Origin: Ptychomitrium polyphyllum
Taxonomy: Eukaryota
Length of the DNA: 64,000 nt
Assembly: GCA_973851085.1 (NCBI GenBank)
Contig: OZ316776.1
Location: 1,364,001-1,428,000 of the forward strand
Direction: 5' to 3'
Below are positions 25,401 through 38,084 of this stretch, in pieces. The notes under the pieces were generated by a model. It was not told the origin of the DNA, did not search any database, and was given only the letters and a program-made list of their open reading frames with translations. A program made the position numbers and the translations under genes. Numbering within the stretch: position 1 is the stretch's first letter; each line of letters starts with the position of its first letter.

Positions 25401-27476
25401 GTTGTGCAGATAAAACCAGCAAACAAGTTAGAACTTCCAAAACTTCAGCCGCAGATAAGACGACCACCTCCGTAGCACCGCTCTGCACTTTGTGCAGAGA
25501 TTAAAGCAAAAGGAAAGTCATGCCCCTGGACTGACCTGACGGAGGTAGACCGTCTGGATGCGCTGCATATATCTGATTAATCCTAGCCATGCATGATTCA
25601 GTCGTATCCTTTGATGGGGGAGGACCATTTGGAAAATAGAACTGCAAAAATCAGCATCCAGATTGTAAATTATTTTGATCTTCAATAATAAAGGACAAAC
25701 CAAGCAATTCGTCAACAGTCACAAGTGCTCTAATATCAAATATAAAGGTTCCACCTTTAATCCAAAATCCTACCCAACCAACAAGATATACCAATATATA
25801 CATGTATGTTTGTACCGACTGACAAGGGTGGACTTTCTTAGTCACCTGGGGAATGATTTCTCGAACAGGTTCACTAGCTTTCTTCAGCGGGGAGTCTCGC
25901 ATCAAGTGGCTTGGCCCAGCACGTCTGCTGAAAGGAGACCTAGGAGACATTGGGGAGCCAGAGCTACGAGGAGACAAAGGCGGTGTGCTCCCCGCACCCC
26001 CAGAGAGATGTGCTGGCAAAAGTGATGGCCCAACATTGAGGGGTCCTGCTCCAGATTTGGCTTCTTCCAAAAGATTCATAACCTGCACAGAAGATGGACG
26101 ACCTCATCAATGAACAACAGCATGTTCTTCAAAAAAACCGAAGAAAACCGTTAGAGCAGCTAATCTCGCAGATTCAGAGCTTACACGTTCCATGAAGGAT
26201 ACTACGCTACGCAGGCTAGCAAACACTCCAGACAGGGACGACTTGAAAACATCAGATCACTGAAGGTACTACCGCTCAAATGATATCGTACAATATATTG
26301 TACTGTTCAGAAAACAGTTAAAGATCTATGCTTCATTAATCAGCCACACATACTAACATTCAGTAATCAGGGAGGGAAAATAAAACGTAGCAGATGGAAC
26401 CTATTTAGACCATAATTTCCAAATTTCAACTCACGAAACCTGACATTTGCTTCCTGATGCTCAGAATAACATTGCTCGCGCTATTTCCAAGAAAGGTTTT
26501 GACTTCAAGAGGTAATAGATATTCTACATACAGTAGACACTAAGGTGTTGATATTGAATAAACGTAAAACAGATGAAATGTCCTACTTCAAATTGCAACT
26601 TATGTGGCAAAGAAATTGAATGAGAATTACTGCATACGATGCCCCAATCAGAATTCTAAGTTGATCGAGCGATCAGTAAGAAAGACAGGATAGATCCTAA
26701 TGTCGATCTCTGCATGTAGACCTGTTGATTACTCAGTTAAATCGAAACAAGCAAAAGATCTACCGATGGAAGAAAACGAAAACCATTCCCCCTGCTCTCT
26801 CTGCTGAACAATGACCGATTCTCATGGTGTCCTCTCTAGGCAATGCCCGCTCTACATGCAAGACGACAGCCAGTTCCATGATATTCTCTGAGTAAAACCT
26901 TCAGAAAGATAGGACGAGACCGAAACAGCTTTATTGATTGATCGATGTACCCCTCTCATGATGGGACGCAGCAGTGACATCCTCGAAAATTGGATTCCCA
27001 CGATGCGTCAAGACTAAAAACTATCTTGATATCGACATGTGATGAGTTAAACCACCGACGTGCAATGTCCAACTACCCTATTGGTTTCTCATGGTCACGA
27101 TAACAAACAAACCACCATCGTGATCGAACCCCAAAACCCTAATCCCACCACCCATCTGAAAAAACGAACTCAAAACCTCAAATCCACCCGCAAGATTCAA
27201 AACCCAACTCCCAAACGCACGTCACGAGCGACATACAGGGTTACAACGGCTCACCAGGCGCTGGGTCTCGGGCAGCGAAATCCATTGCGCGAAAAGCTCC
27301 TCCAAGTGCAGCTTGCAGAGCGCGCCGGGCTTGGTGGTGCCATGAGAGGATGAGGATGGCGACGGCGACGGCGAGGAGGGGGCGAAATCCACCGGAAGCT
27401 GCAGCAGGTCCGGGTCCAGCACACCCATGTCCAATGCGAGGGGCGGAGGCTCCATTGCGGGAGCTCCCAGCAGCAT
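22412..27476 (-). CDS. Serine/threonine protein phosphatase 2A regulatory subunit B'' (EF-hand, PR72-like), 12 exons, ~561 aa
   Basis: GT-AG exons on the minus strand: 27476-27255, 26082-25846, 25641-25536, 25322-25223, 24906-24801, 24622-24532, 24335-24194, 23865-23718, 23547-23438, 23243-23087, 22951-22826, 22552-22412. They total 1686 nt in frame. Motifs: [134 protein letters not shown]. An alternative start ATG lies at 27455. Confidence 0.95.
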
Positions 27477-27801
27477 GATCCGCGCTCCGAATGAATGCGG
27501 CGACTGCGAAATTAGAAAAGAACCTGCAGAGTGCACAAAGCGGTGTATCAGCACGCCGTCCGCGACCTCGCCTGCACCTGCTCCGCCTGCGACTGCAACA
27601 ATGGTGAACAATGGCGTCGGCGTCGCGCACCGCGAGTGTTCTCTCGGGGTTCTCTCCTTCACCAACGCGCGAGCAACTCTCTCGTCCTCCAGCACTGGAC
27701 TTCGGCTCCAACTCCGTCACTTGACCCCCAGACCCGCTACTTATCTAGTCACCGTCTACATATAGCATCACCAAATCTGCAGGTAGTTTAGTTATTATCA
27801 A

Positions 27802-28283
27802 ACGAACCTCCACTCGCCCCGCACGACAGTTCCTCTTATTGAAACCACCTTGCGGCCCCTACTCGACAGTTCTGCAGCCGAATAGTCACCCGGAACCGTC
27901 CTCCAGTGTTTCAAGGGCCACCAATCAATCCAAAAACCGTCACCTCCCGCCAAAACCAACCGAATCTCTTCCACATGCGCACATTGCAGTCATCGATATC
28001 TATAATAATGATAGACAAATTGGAATCGAATAGCGATATTCCGTCTCTGGAAGTGGTGCCGACAGACTTCCGCCGTAGACTTTCAATCAGGAACTGTAAG
28101 ATTGAACCTCCGTGAAGAGTTTGGGTGGTTCTACGAAAAAGTGACGCTTTCTGGGTAGATTGGTCGCCCTCACAGAATCGGAGGATGGTTTCGGATGACT
28201 ATTTTGCAGTAGAACTGTCGTGTGAGGTGCCCGGGGGTGGTTTCTGGCAACAGAACTGTCGTGAGGTATGAATCGAGGTTCGT
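27802..28283. repeat. Diverged inverted duplication (170-bp arms, 142-bp spacer) in the PP2A B'' upstream region
   Basis: 27802-27971 aligns almost without gaps to the reverse complement of 28114-28283, at roughly 70% identity by eye. Confidence 0.85.
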
Positions 28284-29607
28284 CGGTTATGTGCTGAGGC
28301 GAGGAGGCTATCCAGAAGGCCCACGTGGTCCTAGAATATATAAACGCATTTAGTGTGGTGCACGATTTGGTCTTTTTGGAGGGGTTTCGTAGTTACGGAA
28401 TGAGGCTTTTTATTGAGAGAGAAGTTATGTGCCCTTTGATTATTTTGTGTCGTGGAGGATTTTTAATTCAGAGATGATTTGACTTTGACTTGTAGGAGGC
28501 CAATATGTTGCTATGTTTAATAAATGTGGAAAGCAATTTTTGAAGATAGAATTTTTTTTTATATTTAATGATTTAGTAGAAATTTGATTCAATTATTTTG
28601 ATATAACTTTTCAAAACTTACGACTTCGATCCATGTTTGGTTGTATGTATATCCTAAGTCTTTCATTTGATGTTTTAAAACTCACATCTTCAATTTCTTA
28701 CAAATATTCAAAATTTTCCATTTATTTTGTGTATTTAAATATATTAAATGAATATTTTGATTTAAGTTGAAATAACCAAATGATATTAATAAGTTTAAAA
28801 GGATAAATTTTATGTCATAATAAAAAATTTAAATACTATTTTGACATGTTCTATTTTAAATTTTTTAAGGAATGTTATTTGAAAAAAAAAATTAAAACAT
28901 AATTAAATATTAAAGTATTTATATTCACATTTTCAACGTATTAAAATTATATAATATTGACCAAAGAAAATCTTAATTTAAAAGGAATATTTTTATATAA
29001 ATTATACTTTTGTAATTTGATATTTCATAGCTTTTCTTTATAAAACAAAATCAACTATAAGCATAAATGAAAACAGATGTATCTAATTCATATTATGATA
29101 GAAAATTCAATAATTTGAATAAAAGAATTAAAATAAATGTAAAAACAAAAAATTCATGAATTGAATAAAATATTATATTGCGTCCATTATCTTAATACAA
29201 AAAACAATAATAAGTTTTGGTACAAAAATATAGCTTGTGGTTTATAAAAATAGGTTAATTGTTGACAAAATTTGATTTTTTAAGAATTATCAATGTTTTT
29301 ATTAAGCCTTCTATTAATAACATCCACTTATATAATAATTCTATGCATCTTTTATTAAAATTAAATAACACATTAATTTATTTGAATGTTATTAAAAATT
29401 CAATCATCTTTAAAACATTGGTTTAAATAAACTCAATCTTAAATATAGCTTTCAAAATAAAAATTCAATAATGATTTTAGAAGTTAAGTGTGAATGTACT
29501 AAATATAATAACGTATTAAAATTAATTAATTAAAATAAATAAACTTATTTTAGTTGAGTTCCATATTGGATTGTGAATAATGAACTTAATATTGATTGTA
29601 CATTCAT

Positions 29608-30751
29608 TGTCGCAACCTTTATAATGCAGCTTAGCAAGCGTCACGCGCATCAACTCTATACACCTCCACATGCACATGGTTAACCCTCATTCTCACTTTC
29701 CAAGTCTTTCTACCATTTCTCTTAGGACACTCAATTATTTGGTAGCCAATGGTTAGGTGCGGACTTCCATTCATGTCCAAGGCCTCCTTGGTGTTACTCC
29801 CATTCTACACGGCCTAACCGCACTTAGTAGTGTCTCCTCACCACCACTCATGATGCCCATGTGATCCTAAGATCACCCCGGGCCATCATGGTGTCGGCGT
29901 GAAGACACCACTCCAACTTAGTGGTAACAAGCGTACCATTTTGAACGTGCTAGTTTCCTTCGTGAAACCGGCCGTCTACCGGCTCACAATGATGTGAGAG
30001 TCCCCGTAGTGAAGCCCCAACACTAGCACCACCAATCAGGACTCACCCTTGATCTCTACCGGGACATTAGGGGAGTGGGGAAAAGAACCAGCCCTCCCTT
30101 ATAGTACTCTCTGTGGGATTCGGCAGGCCCCCTGGCCCTTTGTAGCTGGCTGAACCCCGACACACCTAAAGTTTTGGAAGACCATCCAATCTCCCTTGGG
30201 ACTTAGCCGCTGGAAGCCTCCGGGACTCCCAGCGGACCTTTAGGGAGCCATATCTTCCTCATCCGGTGCTCGAATGTATCAAGCGACCACTCTATCGTCA
30301 TCTACTCTTTGCGTAGATGCCGATAGATTCCTCAAACGTCCAATTTGAGTTAGTATTGTGGGAGATACGCCTCTCCCAAGGTTCGGGACTCCCGGGGAGT
30401 TCCTCTCTGGACTATCCCACTCCAGTACAGTCACTGTGTAGGGCTGCCACAGTCCAGCACAGCCCCTTGGCAACCCCAACTTTGGGATGCCATAACTTTT
30501 AGCTCCCTTGTCTGATTTGGGCAATCTTTAGCATTCTAGATTCAACTCTTCCTGATTTCTCCAATGCCCACAATTTATCCCTTGTGGCCCTTGGTCTACA
30601 TGAGTAAGGATGTTTCTCCCCCTAGGGGTCCTTCCCAAGCTAGGCCTATTCGGTTCTCCTCACTATCGGCGCCACAAGTCTCGAACGTCACTCCGGGGTC
30701 CCCCTTGTGCCCTTAGTGTTGCGAGCACTCTTCAAGAAGCGGTGCGCGACA
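29608..30751 (-). mobile_element. Solo LTR, 1144 bp, GC-rich and apparently young
   Basis: Termini TGTCGC...GCGACA (perfect 6-bp inverted ends, TG..CA). Perfect 5-bp TSD TTCAT at 29603-29607 and 30752-30756. GC content jumps sharply relative to the AT-rich flanks and no coding domains are present. A minus-strand TATAAGGGAGGG near 30092-30103 gives the tentative orientation. Confidence 0.88.
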
Positions 30752-31952
30752 TTCATTGTGAGCTTTAATACTTTAAAATCTTGTAGAATGTTAATCATGA
30801 TTTTTAGCAACTATTGCAAGTGTGTAGGCCAAAATAAACCATTCATTTTGGCTTCTACTACATATCTACAATTAAACATAATTGCAAGTTATGCATATAA
30901 TTTTGTCAAATAAACAATTAAAGAATTAAATTCCTCTTTAATATTTAGAATTAGTAATTTAAAAAAAAAAGGTGATTAAAACATGATGTATTAATTAGAA
31001 TATTGTGTCTACTTATTGAAAATCATATCATTCATTGATTTTTTTTTACTCAAATTAAATTCTATGAGACATAGAAGAAAAAATTCAATTTAATATAATG
31101 TTTTAAATTAAAAAATTGCATAATCAAAATAATAGTAGAGCAAAATTTTAATGTAATTTAAAATAATTGAATTGATCACATTACTTATATTTGAATGAAT
31201 ATAATAATTGATTTAAAACTTTTATTAAATTTAGATTTCATATTCAAGAGTATATAATTGGCATTATAAATAATATTATAATGTAGAAAATATTGAAAGT
31301 ATTTTGGCCTATATATATTAGTTATAAAAATCTATTATAAACAAAACTACATTTGAAAGCACTATAATTGAAATTTCATATCAACCTAAAAGGTGTATAC
31401 ATATCAATCATTCCACCGGCAAAACTATAAATATTCCATATCCTTACAAGGCAATATAAAATATAAAGTATGGCAAAACAATTATAGTCTACAACACTAT
31501 TAAACAAAGTACAACTCAAACTTTGCAAATTCATAACCAACTAATACTTACTTTGGAAATTACAATTCCAACTACCTTTGATTCATTCTTTCTTTGTAGA
31601 AACATATGTTTACATCATTGATGTTGAGTTTATAAATAGGTGAATGCATAAAGGCAAGAATCCACATTTTCATCCTCTAACAAGTGGTAGAATACCCTAA
31701 ATCGTCTAGAAAAGGTGGATCTGCTAGAAGTAGAATGATGGTGGAATGTTGCGGTGGTGTAGATGGTGATTGGGAATGGGAACCAAGTTGGTCCTTACGG
31801 GGCACATCCAAGCGCACCGTTCCCTGAGTCTCTCCACGGTGGCTTTGCACTGACATGGCTGCATCACGATTTCTGTGTCAACGGCTGTATCGAAACAGGA
31901 TTGCGGAACAAGGGAGGCAGATGTGGGGTACACTTGGCCTGGCTCAGACACT

Positions 31953-31962
31953 GCCACGTGTC
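31953..31962. promoter_or_regulatory. G-box/ABRE (GCCACGTGTC) upstream of the Pro-rich gene
   Basis: Reads ACGTGTC on plus and ACGTGGC on minus, about 170 bp before the ATG at 32131. Function not shown. Confidence 0.4.
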
Positions 31963-32130
31963 AGTGGCCAAGTCCACCGGACTTTATCCTTCAACCTCAT
32001 CTCCTACAAAGTCCCTCTCCACATCATATGAATCCCATTCCCCAGGTCACTAGCCAGCTCCCTCCACTCCTCTCCATCTTCCTTCATCACGCCAGCAGGT
32101 ACTGCACTCCCACTTAGCTGCCTAGACCTC

Positions 32131-32784
32131 ATGGCAGCCTTCAGGTACTGTATGTCCCATGGATCTCTCTCATGCGTCTGCAAGTTGCTGTGCATGTGCA
32201 ACACAAGCCGTTTGTAGTCAGTCTCTGCAACGTACGCAGGTGCTCCTTTGGAATGTGGTCTTGAATGTATCTACCTGCTAGGAATGATTAGTATTGGACA
32301 CTGGATTTTCATTCTACAATCCATTGGTTTCTTTCCCTGAGGAGCTGCTACGCCTGCCTTTTGCAGAATATCTACCACTCAGCTGCCAATTCCATGTGGT
32401 TTACAATGCATTGCCAACAAGCCTTCATGCTCGGTTTCTGCATTGCCAACGGCGTTCACTCCAGGGGGGTTTTGTAGGAATGCTAGGGTGAGCTCAGGAG
32501 TATGTGGTGTTGTGTCGGCTGAGTCTGGCATTGCCAATGCAGTGCAGAATATTAGGCCTCCGGGAGAGTCACCGGTGCCACCTCCGGTCACACCTCCGCA
32601 GACGCCACAGCCAGGCCCTTCTGGAATTCCTGGACCAGGGTCACCACCGTTCCCTGGCACCACTCCCACGCCGGTGCCCTCACCAGGCCCTGGTCCCACC
32701 CCCGGCAGCCCTCCTGGTCCCCCCACGCCTGGTGGCGTCCCTGGTGGAGTCCCCAACTTCCCTGGCCCTGGCATGCCTCTGTGA
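32131..32784 (+). CDS. Putative small Pro/Gly-rich protein with a plastid-transit-peptide-like N-terminus, 2 exons, 143 aa
   Basis: Exon 32131-32144 (ATGGCAGCCTTCAG|gtactg) and exon 32367-32784 (ttttgcag|) join in frame. Product: MAAFRISTTQLPIPCGLQCIANKPSCSVSALPTAFTPGGFCRNARVSSGVCGVVSAESGIANAVQNIRPPGESPVPPPVTPPQTPQPGPSGIPGPGSPPFPGTTPTPVPSPGPGPTPGSPPGPPTPGGVPGGVPNFPGPGMPL. No family recognised. Confidence 0.65.
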
Positions 32785-33999
32785 CTCGACTCCTTGTAAG
32801 ATTACCTTGTCATTTGTACAGCAAATGTAGCACTTGCCTCTTGGAATTGTAATCCACTATCAGTAATTCAATTCAATAGAGTTGTTTGGAGCTCATCCCT
32901 TTTCTCAACCACAGTCTAACGAGTGGTTTGAATTCAATCTTTATGCTCATTCTCGAACTCCATAAAATTTCACTTGCTTGATTGATACACATATTTCAAT
33001 GCATATATGAATGAATATCCACTTTCTTAGGTATAGAGGATGAGTTTACAAATAGCCCTAAGTCTGCATTTTTGCAAGCCCTTGGGTTGCCTCGTTCTCT
33101 GGGTTGCTGTATTTGGTTTCTTCTTACTGGTTGATGTCCTGGAAGCCCATAATTTTATTTGTGAAAATTCACTTTGAGTCCCCTGTATTTGGGCATGTGG
33201 ATGACATTCTATAACCTTTAGTACTGAAATATCTGTTCAAAAGTGTTTGGATATGGTTACCAAGTCTCTTTTGTTGTCAGAAAAACAGCAGGAAATGTGG
33301 ATGGTTTCATTCTAACTTGCAACCACAGGTTTAGGGTTTAGGTTCAACTCCAGTACCACACTCTTATAGAAGAATTATATAATATGAGCTGTTTGGATTT
33401 CGTGTCAAAGATTGAAGAGCTCGAAGTTTGAATTTGAGAAATTTGTAAGAAAAGCCCCACCAACTAAAGCATCATTAATACATTTTTTGAAAAATCAAAA
33501 GTTTAGTCAGCAACTGATGATATATAGTTAATGAATTTAGTTTTTATAATTGAAGTCAATATCTTTAGTTGTATTACATATTTAAAAGTTTTATGTTGAA
33601 GTGGCTTGGACAGGACATAAATAAAATCAGCTAATTTCAAACATCTATATGTTTTTAAAGCCTTTCGATTTATATATTTAGATATTCTATCTATTTTTGA
33701 TCAAGTGCATAAACTAAATTCTTATTTATAAATGCAGCAACAACTTTATAAACGATCTCAAAAAAATGATAATTTTATCGATAATTGTAGTATTTTGAAA
33801 ATGTTATTTGTTTGTGTATTTGTACTTCACAAATAAAATAGTCAAATGATTAATGAAAACTCTTTTAGTTTGGTTTTCAAGGATTTTTATACTTCCAATC
33901 TCATAAAATAACCATACACATCCAAAATCTATTGGACTTTATAATAAAAATCTTAAAAATTTTAAAAGAAGTATTTCACAATTTAAATGAAATTAATAC

Positions 34000-34720
34000 A
34001 ACCAAATGCCTATTTGTTTCATATCCAAGCCCATATTTGCTGGATATAGTACAATGGTCTATAACTATCCCTTAATATAAGAAAATTGACATATAAGTTG
34101 CAAGTATATGTGATTGTATCCAAAGTCTACGTTAATACATTGTATATATCAAATTGGATATATATTTTATATACATTGGATGATTGTTAAGCCATGAGGT
34201 CATGTAGTGGTTGGATGTGAGTATATGATACATTTAATTGTCTTGTGTTTGAAACTTACTAGATTTGTATGAATGGCCATATAATAAGTATTGATTTAAG
34301 AGGGTTGTGTGAATAGAAGAATAGGTAGGAAAATCATTCCAATTATGTAGTATTTCTCAAAGAGTTGTAGTCATTGTAATTTATAAGCTTAAAAGCTTAA
34401 CATTTCAAAGTGGTTTGTATTACTTTTAGGTTTTTATGGTGGATTTAGGTGGTTTGGCAAAAGTTGGTTGTTTTTTAATTTTCTTTTGGTTGAAAGTTTG
34501 GCCACATCAAATTATATTTGCTATTATATTCATATTTTGAAGGTATTTGAATGGATGCTAAATGTTGAAACTCGCATTTGAAAGTATTTATTAAAGAAAT
34601 GTGCGTTGTTGCCCTAGTATCTTTAGCACCTGACATAATGATTGTAGAAGATTCTATAATCCAACCTTTTAATTCGATATTGTTAATGAATATTAGATAT
34701 TTTTTTTTTTTCCAATTGAT
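34000..34720 (-). mobile_element. Very old Ty3/gypsy integrase-core relic
   Basis: Minus-strand fragments appear in integrase order with frameshifts: KGWIIE..GAKDTRATTHISLINTF, a DxG-like segment (CGQTFNQ), NWNDF/LPILLF, LLYGHS. Boundaries are approximate. Confidence 0.35.
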
Positions 34721-36248
34721 AGTTTTTAGGAGAAATATATTTGTTTTAGTATATGAGCTTAAAGACTTAAATGCTGATGTTGGAATTTAGTAATTCTAAT
34801 GCAAATTTCATATAGTGAAGCATATTAGTATGGTATGTTTTTAACACATAATATATTTGATTTTATTCTTGAGATGCAATGACGTCTTACCTTGTTGTAT
34901 GTCTAGAGTAGTAGCTAAGATGGTATTGTGTTTTTTCACTGCATCCATTAAATAAATAACCTCCAAACTTCGTTGTGAAAACCAATAGTTTTATAACCTC
35001 TTGTATGAATTTATTATATCTTGTAGTTCTAAATTCATTGATGTAATGGTTTGATATTTTAATAAATCACATAGTCAGGTCTTTAAATCAAGTGAGTTGC
35101 AAATAGAAGAAATGATAGATAAGAAGACTTCTTTGCCAAAGAAGAGTTGTTTACAAGCTTGGTATATACATTGTTCATAACAATTTGAGCAAACATGTTT
35201 TTTTCTAAGCTTATACTGTTGAAACAAGTTAAAAACTCATTGATTAATTCTTTGTCTATATCTTCATTTTCAATTAACTTTCAAAAAATTAAAAACCTTT
35301 TTGCAATTATATCTAAGTTATGCTAGCTTATTTTTGCAATTATATATGATAATGTATTTTTTAAAGAATCTTAATATAACTTTTGTCTGGTATATCATCA
35401 AATATCATTAACCTTTTTGTAAGAAATATGGAATCAAATGTATATGCTTGTATGGTAATGTAGCATTTCTATATATTTTATTGTAAATGTTTTTTTCCTT
35501 GTGTGCCCACTTGTTCATTTTTTTGTCAATGTTACCATGGGTTAAGACTTTGTGTAACGTAAATGGATGTACACGTTGTTGTAATAATTCAAATATGAAG
35601 TTAAATATAAATTTGTTTAAGTGATTATTATTGAATGCAATGCTTTATTTATGAATTGAAGAAGTGTAAGGCATTTTGTAAAGACATGTATTGGTTTGTT
35701 ATTATTTCTAACATTGATTTATTAAAATGTGTGGTGGAAAGATATAATTTATGCTTTGTAGATTTATTAAGGGCTAAGTAGTCTTTTAACAATGTATATA
35801 TTTTTATAACGGTGTATATATTAAAACCAACCATTTCTCTTTTTTATACATTAGGGCTTAATATCTTTGGTGGTTTAAAAAAAATGTTGTTTAATAATAA
35901 AAATTGTAGGAGCTTTTATAAGGTAAGCTTATATTACAATTGAATGGAAGGGTTATTTGTATATAGTAAAGGTATGAAATCACAAAAAAAATGATTTTTT
36001 TATCAATTTAGGTCGCCATTGACTGGGATATTTGCTTACAGAGTTGTCACTCATATGTTGTGATTTACTCTAGATAAAACATTTAGGGGAAAGTCCTAGG
36101 CATATTTATTTGTGAGAACCAACTCACAACTCACAACTTGCAAGAGTGCTTTACTGTACCCAGAAAGTGCTTCATATTTCTCAGAAACTCAACCATCCGA
36201 AATCATAAAACAAATTTCAACTCCTGAGTCACAAGCCCTGCCTCTCAG

Positions 36249-36284
36249 CACCCGAAAGTACACCCGAAAGTACACCCGAAAGTA
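36249..36284. repeat. Perfect 12-bp tandem triplication (CACCCGAAAGTA x3)
   Basis: Direct reading of the sequence. Confidence 0.95.
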
Positions 36285-37099
36285 TGGATTCAAAGTCAAA
36301 GTTGTAGAGTCGTAGTGAGGATTCGAACCGCCGTCAAAAAGCGAGGTAAACACCGGATAGACAGTCCTCTAATTCCCAAAGTCACAAAGAAGCAGCGGAC
36401 TGATGCAGACGGCCGTCACTCATTAGCTGCGTTCATCCTTCCTTCCAGTTCTCATCCAACGCAGTCAATATGCACGGATCATCCCAATAATGCCCACATG
36501 GGAAGCCATACCTCAACCCGCCACTGCGACGCAGCACAATCATCATCTAGGAATAAAGTACTTTCCTGCAAATAAAATCCACGAAAGGCGCACATGATCA
36601 CAAGTCTCTCATTCAGAGCAGATCCGCGCTCATAGGCTTCCAAATCTGAGAGTTGGATGAACGACATCAAACTATTCAACCCCTATTAATGGCATCAATG
36701 GTTTATTTGTACACCTCACTCATACCCAAAACCGTCACTGATATCGGAACCTTTCTCTTCTAGAGATAACGCACATTCAAGTCGAGAAATGTTAAAGAGT
36801 ATTGATAATGGTCTGTCTCTTTACTACAATACGAGATGTTGAATGCATCATAGATTTGTGTAATGAAATGAGTAATCACGGTAGATGATTCCCGACTGTG
36901 GGTCCAGTGACGGGTTTCGGATCGTAAGGGCTTTCGAGTACAGGAACTCACGTCGTCGGCGTCGCCATAGCCACCAACCCATGCAAACTCCATCGCACTC
37001 TCACTCTTTTCTCGTGCAAGCGTCGCTTCGGGCATCGTTTTGAAGCTCGGATCCGTGAGATCTGCAGCGAGCGGAGTGTTTTGGTACTTTCCTTGGCAG

Positions 37100-38071
37100 G
37101 TATGGTTGCGTGTTGCGTTTTTCGCTGCGCTTGTGTCGCTATGGCCACTTTTGGTGCGCTTGAGTTTCGTTGGTTTTGGTATGCCTCGTGTGCGTTCGTG
37201 CTCCGATCGTGGCCATTCTGCTACTTGGGAGGTTTTTAGGGAGGTGAGGTTGTGTGTGGATGTGTTGGCCTGCATTTTGTCTTGATATCGGGCGGTTCTT
37301 GGTTTTGTATCGCGGTTGTGGCTCGCGTGGCGTTGTTGTTGTTATTGTTGTGTGGCATTGGTGATCTTGGCCGAGGAACTTTGTGAGATCGACCGCATCT
37401 TGGCAGCGTGGCCCTCGAGGTTTTGATTCTGTGTGGAGGGACGTGGTTCACACTGGCCGAGTTTGAGTCGGTCATCAGCTCGCGCTTGCGTTTGTAGTAT
37501 GAATTGCTGTGTGGTATTGGATGGATGTTAAAACGTGGAGTTTTATACGTTGCTGTGGATTTCACGTTCTTTTGTATCCCGAAGCTTTAATGCAACAGAG
37601 TGGGCTTTCGAGGTTGAACGTGCGACCAAGGAACGATTTTAGGTTTGATGTTTGTGTTGAAGATAGCTCGACTCGATCGATCTTTTAGTTCTATGCATCT
37701 GGTACAACTGAGAGATCGCGACTAGAACGGAACAGGATGAGGAGTGCTGTGGTTCAATTTTTGTTTTTCTTGCCTTGGTGAGTTCTCCCTTAGTTAGTTG
37801 ACGCAGAGAATCCGCATTTGCAGACTACGTTAGTTAAGGGGAGCAATTACGAGCCTATATTTCTTCCAGGCTTAGAGGTTCACGTGCCTCTCGATGCTTG
37901 AGCGAAGTTTGAGGCGTTCATGCGATTGAATTGGATTGTCGAGGGTGAAATTTAGTTTCAAGCATTGGGAGGGGCTTCTTGACTGGAACTGTGATATCGA
38001 ATCGCTGTATGTCATGAAGTGCCTCTTCCATGTATCTTTTCATAACATTGTGGAACTAACTTGTGTTGCAG
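37100..38071 (+). other. Probable 5'-UTR intron of the ACLA gene
   Basis: Donor CAG|GTATGG at 37100 is followed by GT-rich intron-like sequence. Acceptor TGTTGCAG at 38071 lies 13 nt before the ATG. Confidence 0.65.
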
Positions 38072-38084
38072 AGGATTTTGAAGC

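Noticed and set aside
27477..27720. Long open frames upstream of the PP2A B'' ATG (ORF-track entries 27222-27695 and 27241-27720)
   Set aside because: They begin at CTG/GTG in a GC-rich leader with no ATG and no family similarity, so they are best read as 5' UTR.
32379..32774. Gly/Pro-rich minus-strand ORF
   Set aside because: It is the antisense shadow of the Pro-rich plus-strand exon; CCN codons read as NGG/GGN on the other strand.
33327..33345. GGTTTAGGGTTTAGG telomere-like motif (similar single motifs at ~10105, ~16611, ~27134)
   Set aside because: Only 1-2 units each. At most these are isolated telo-boxes, not an interstitial telomere array.
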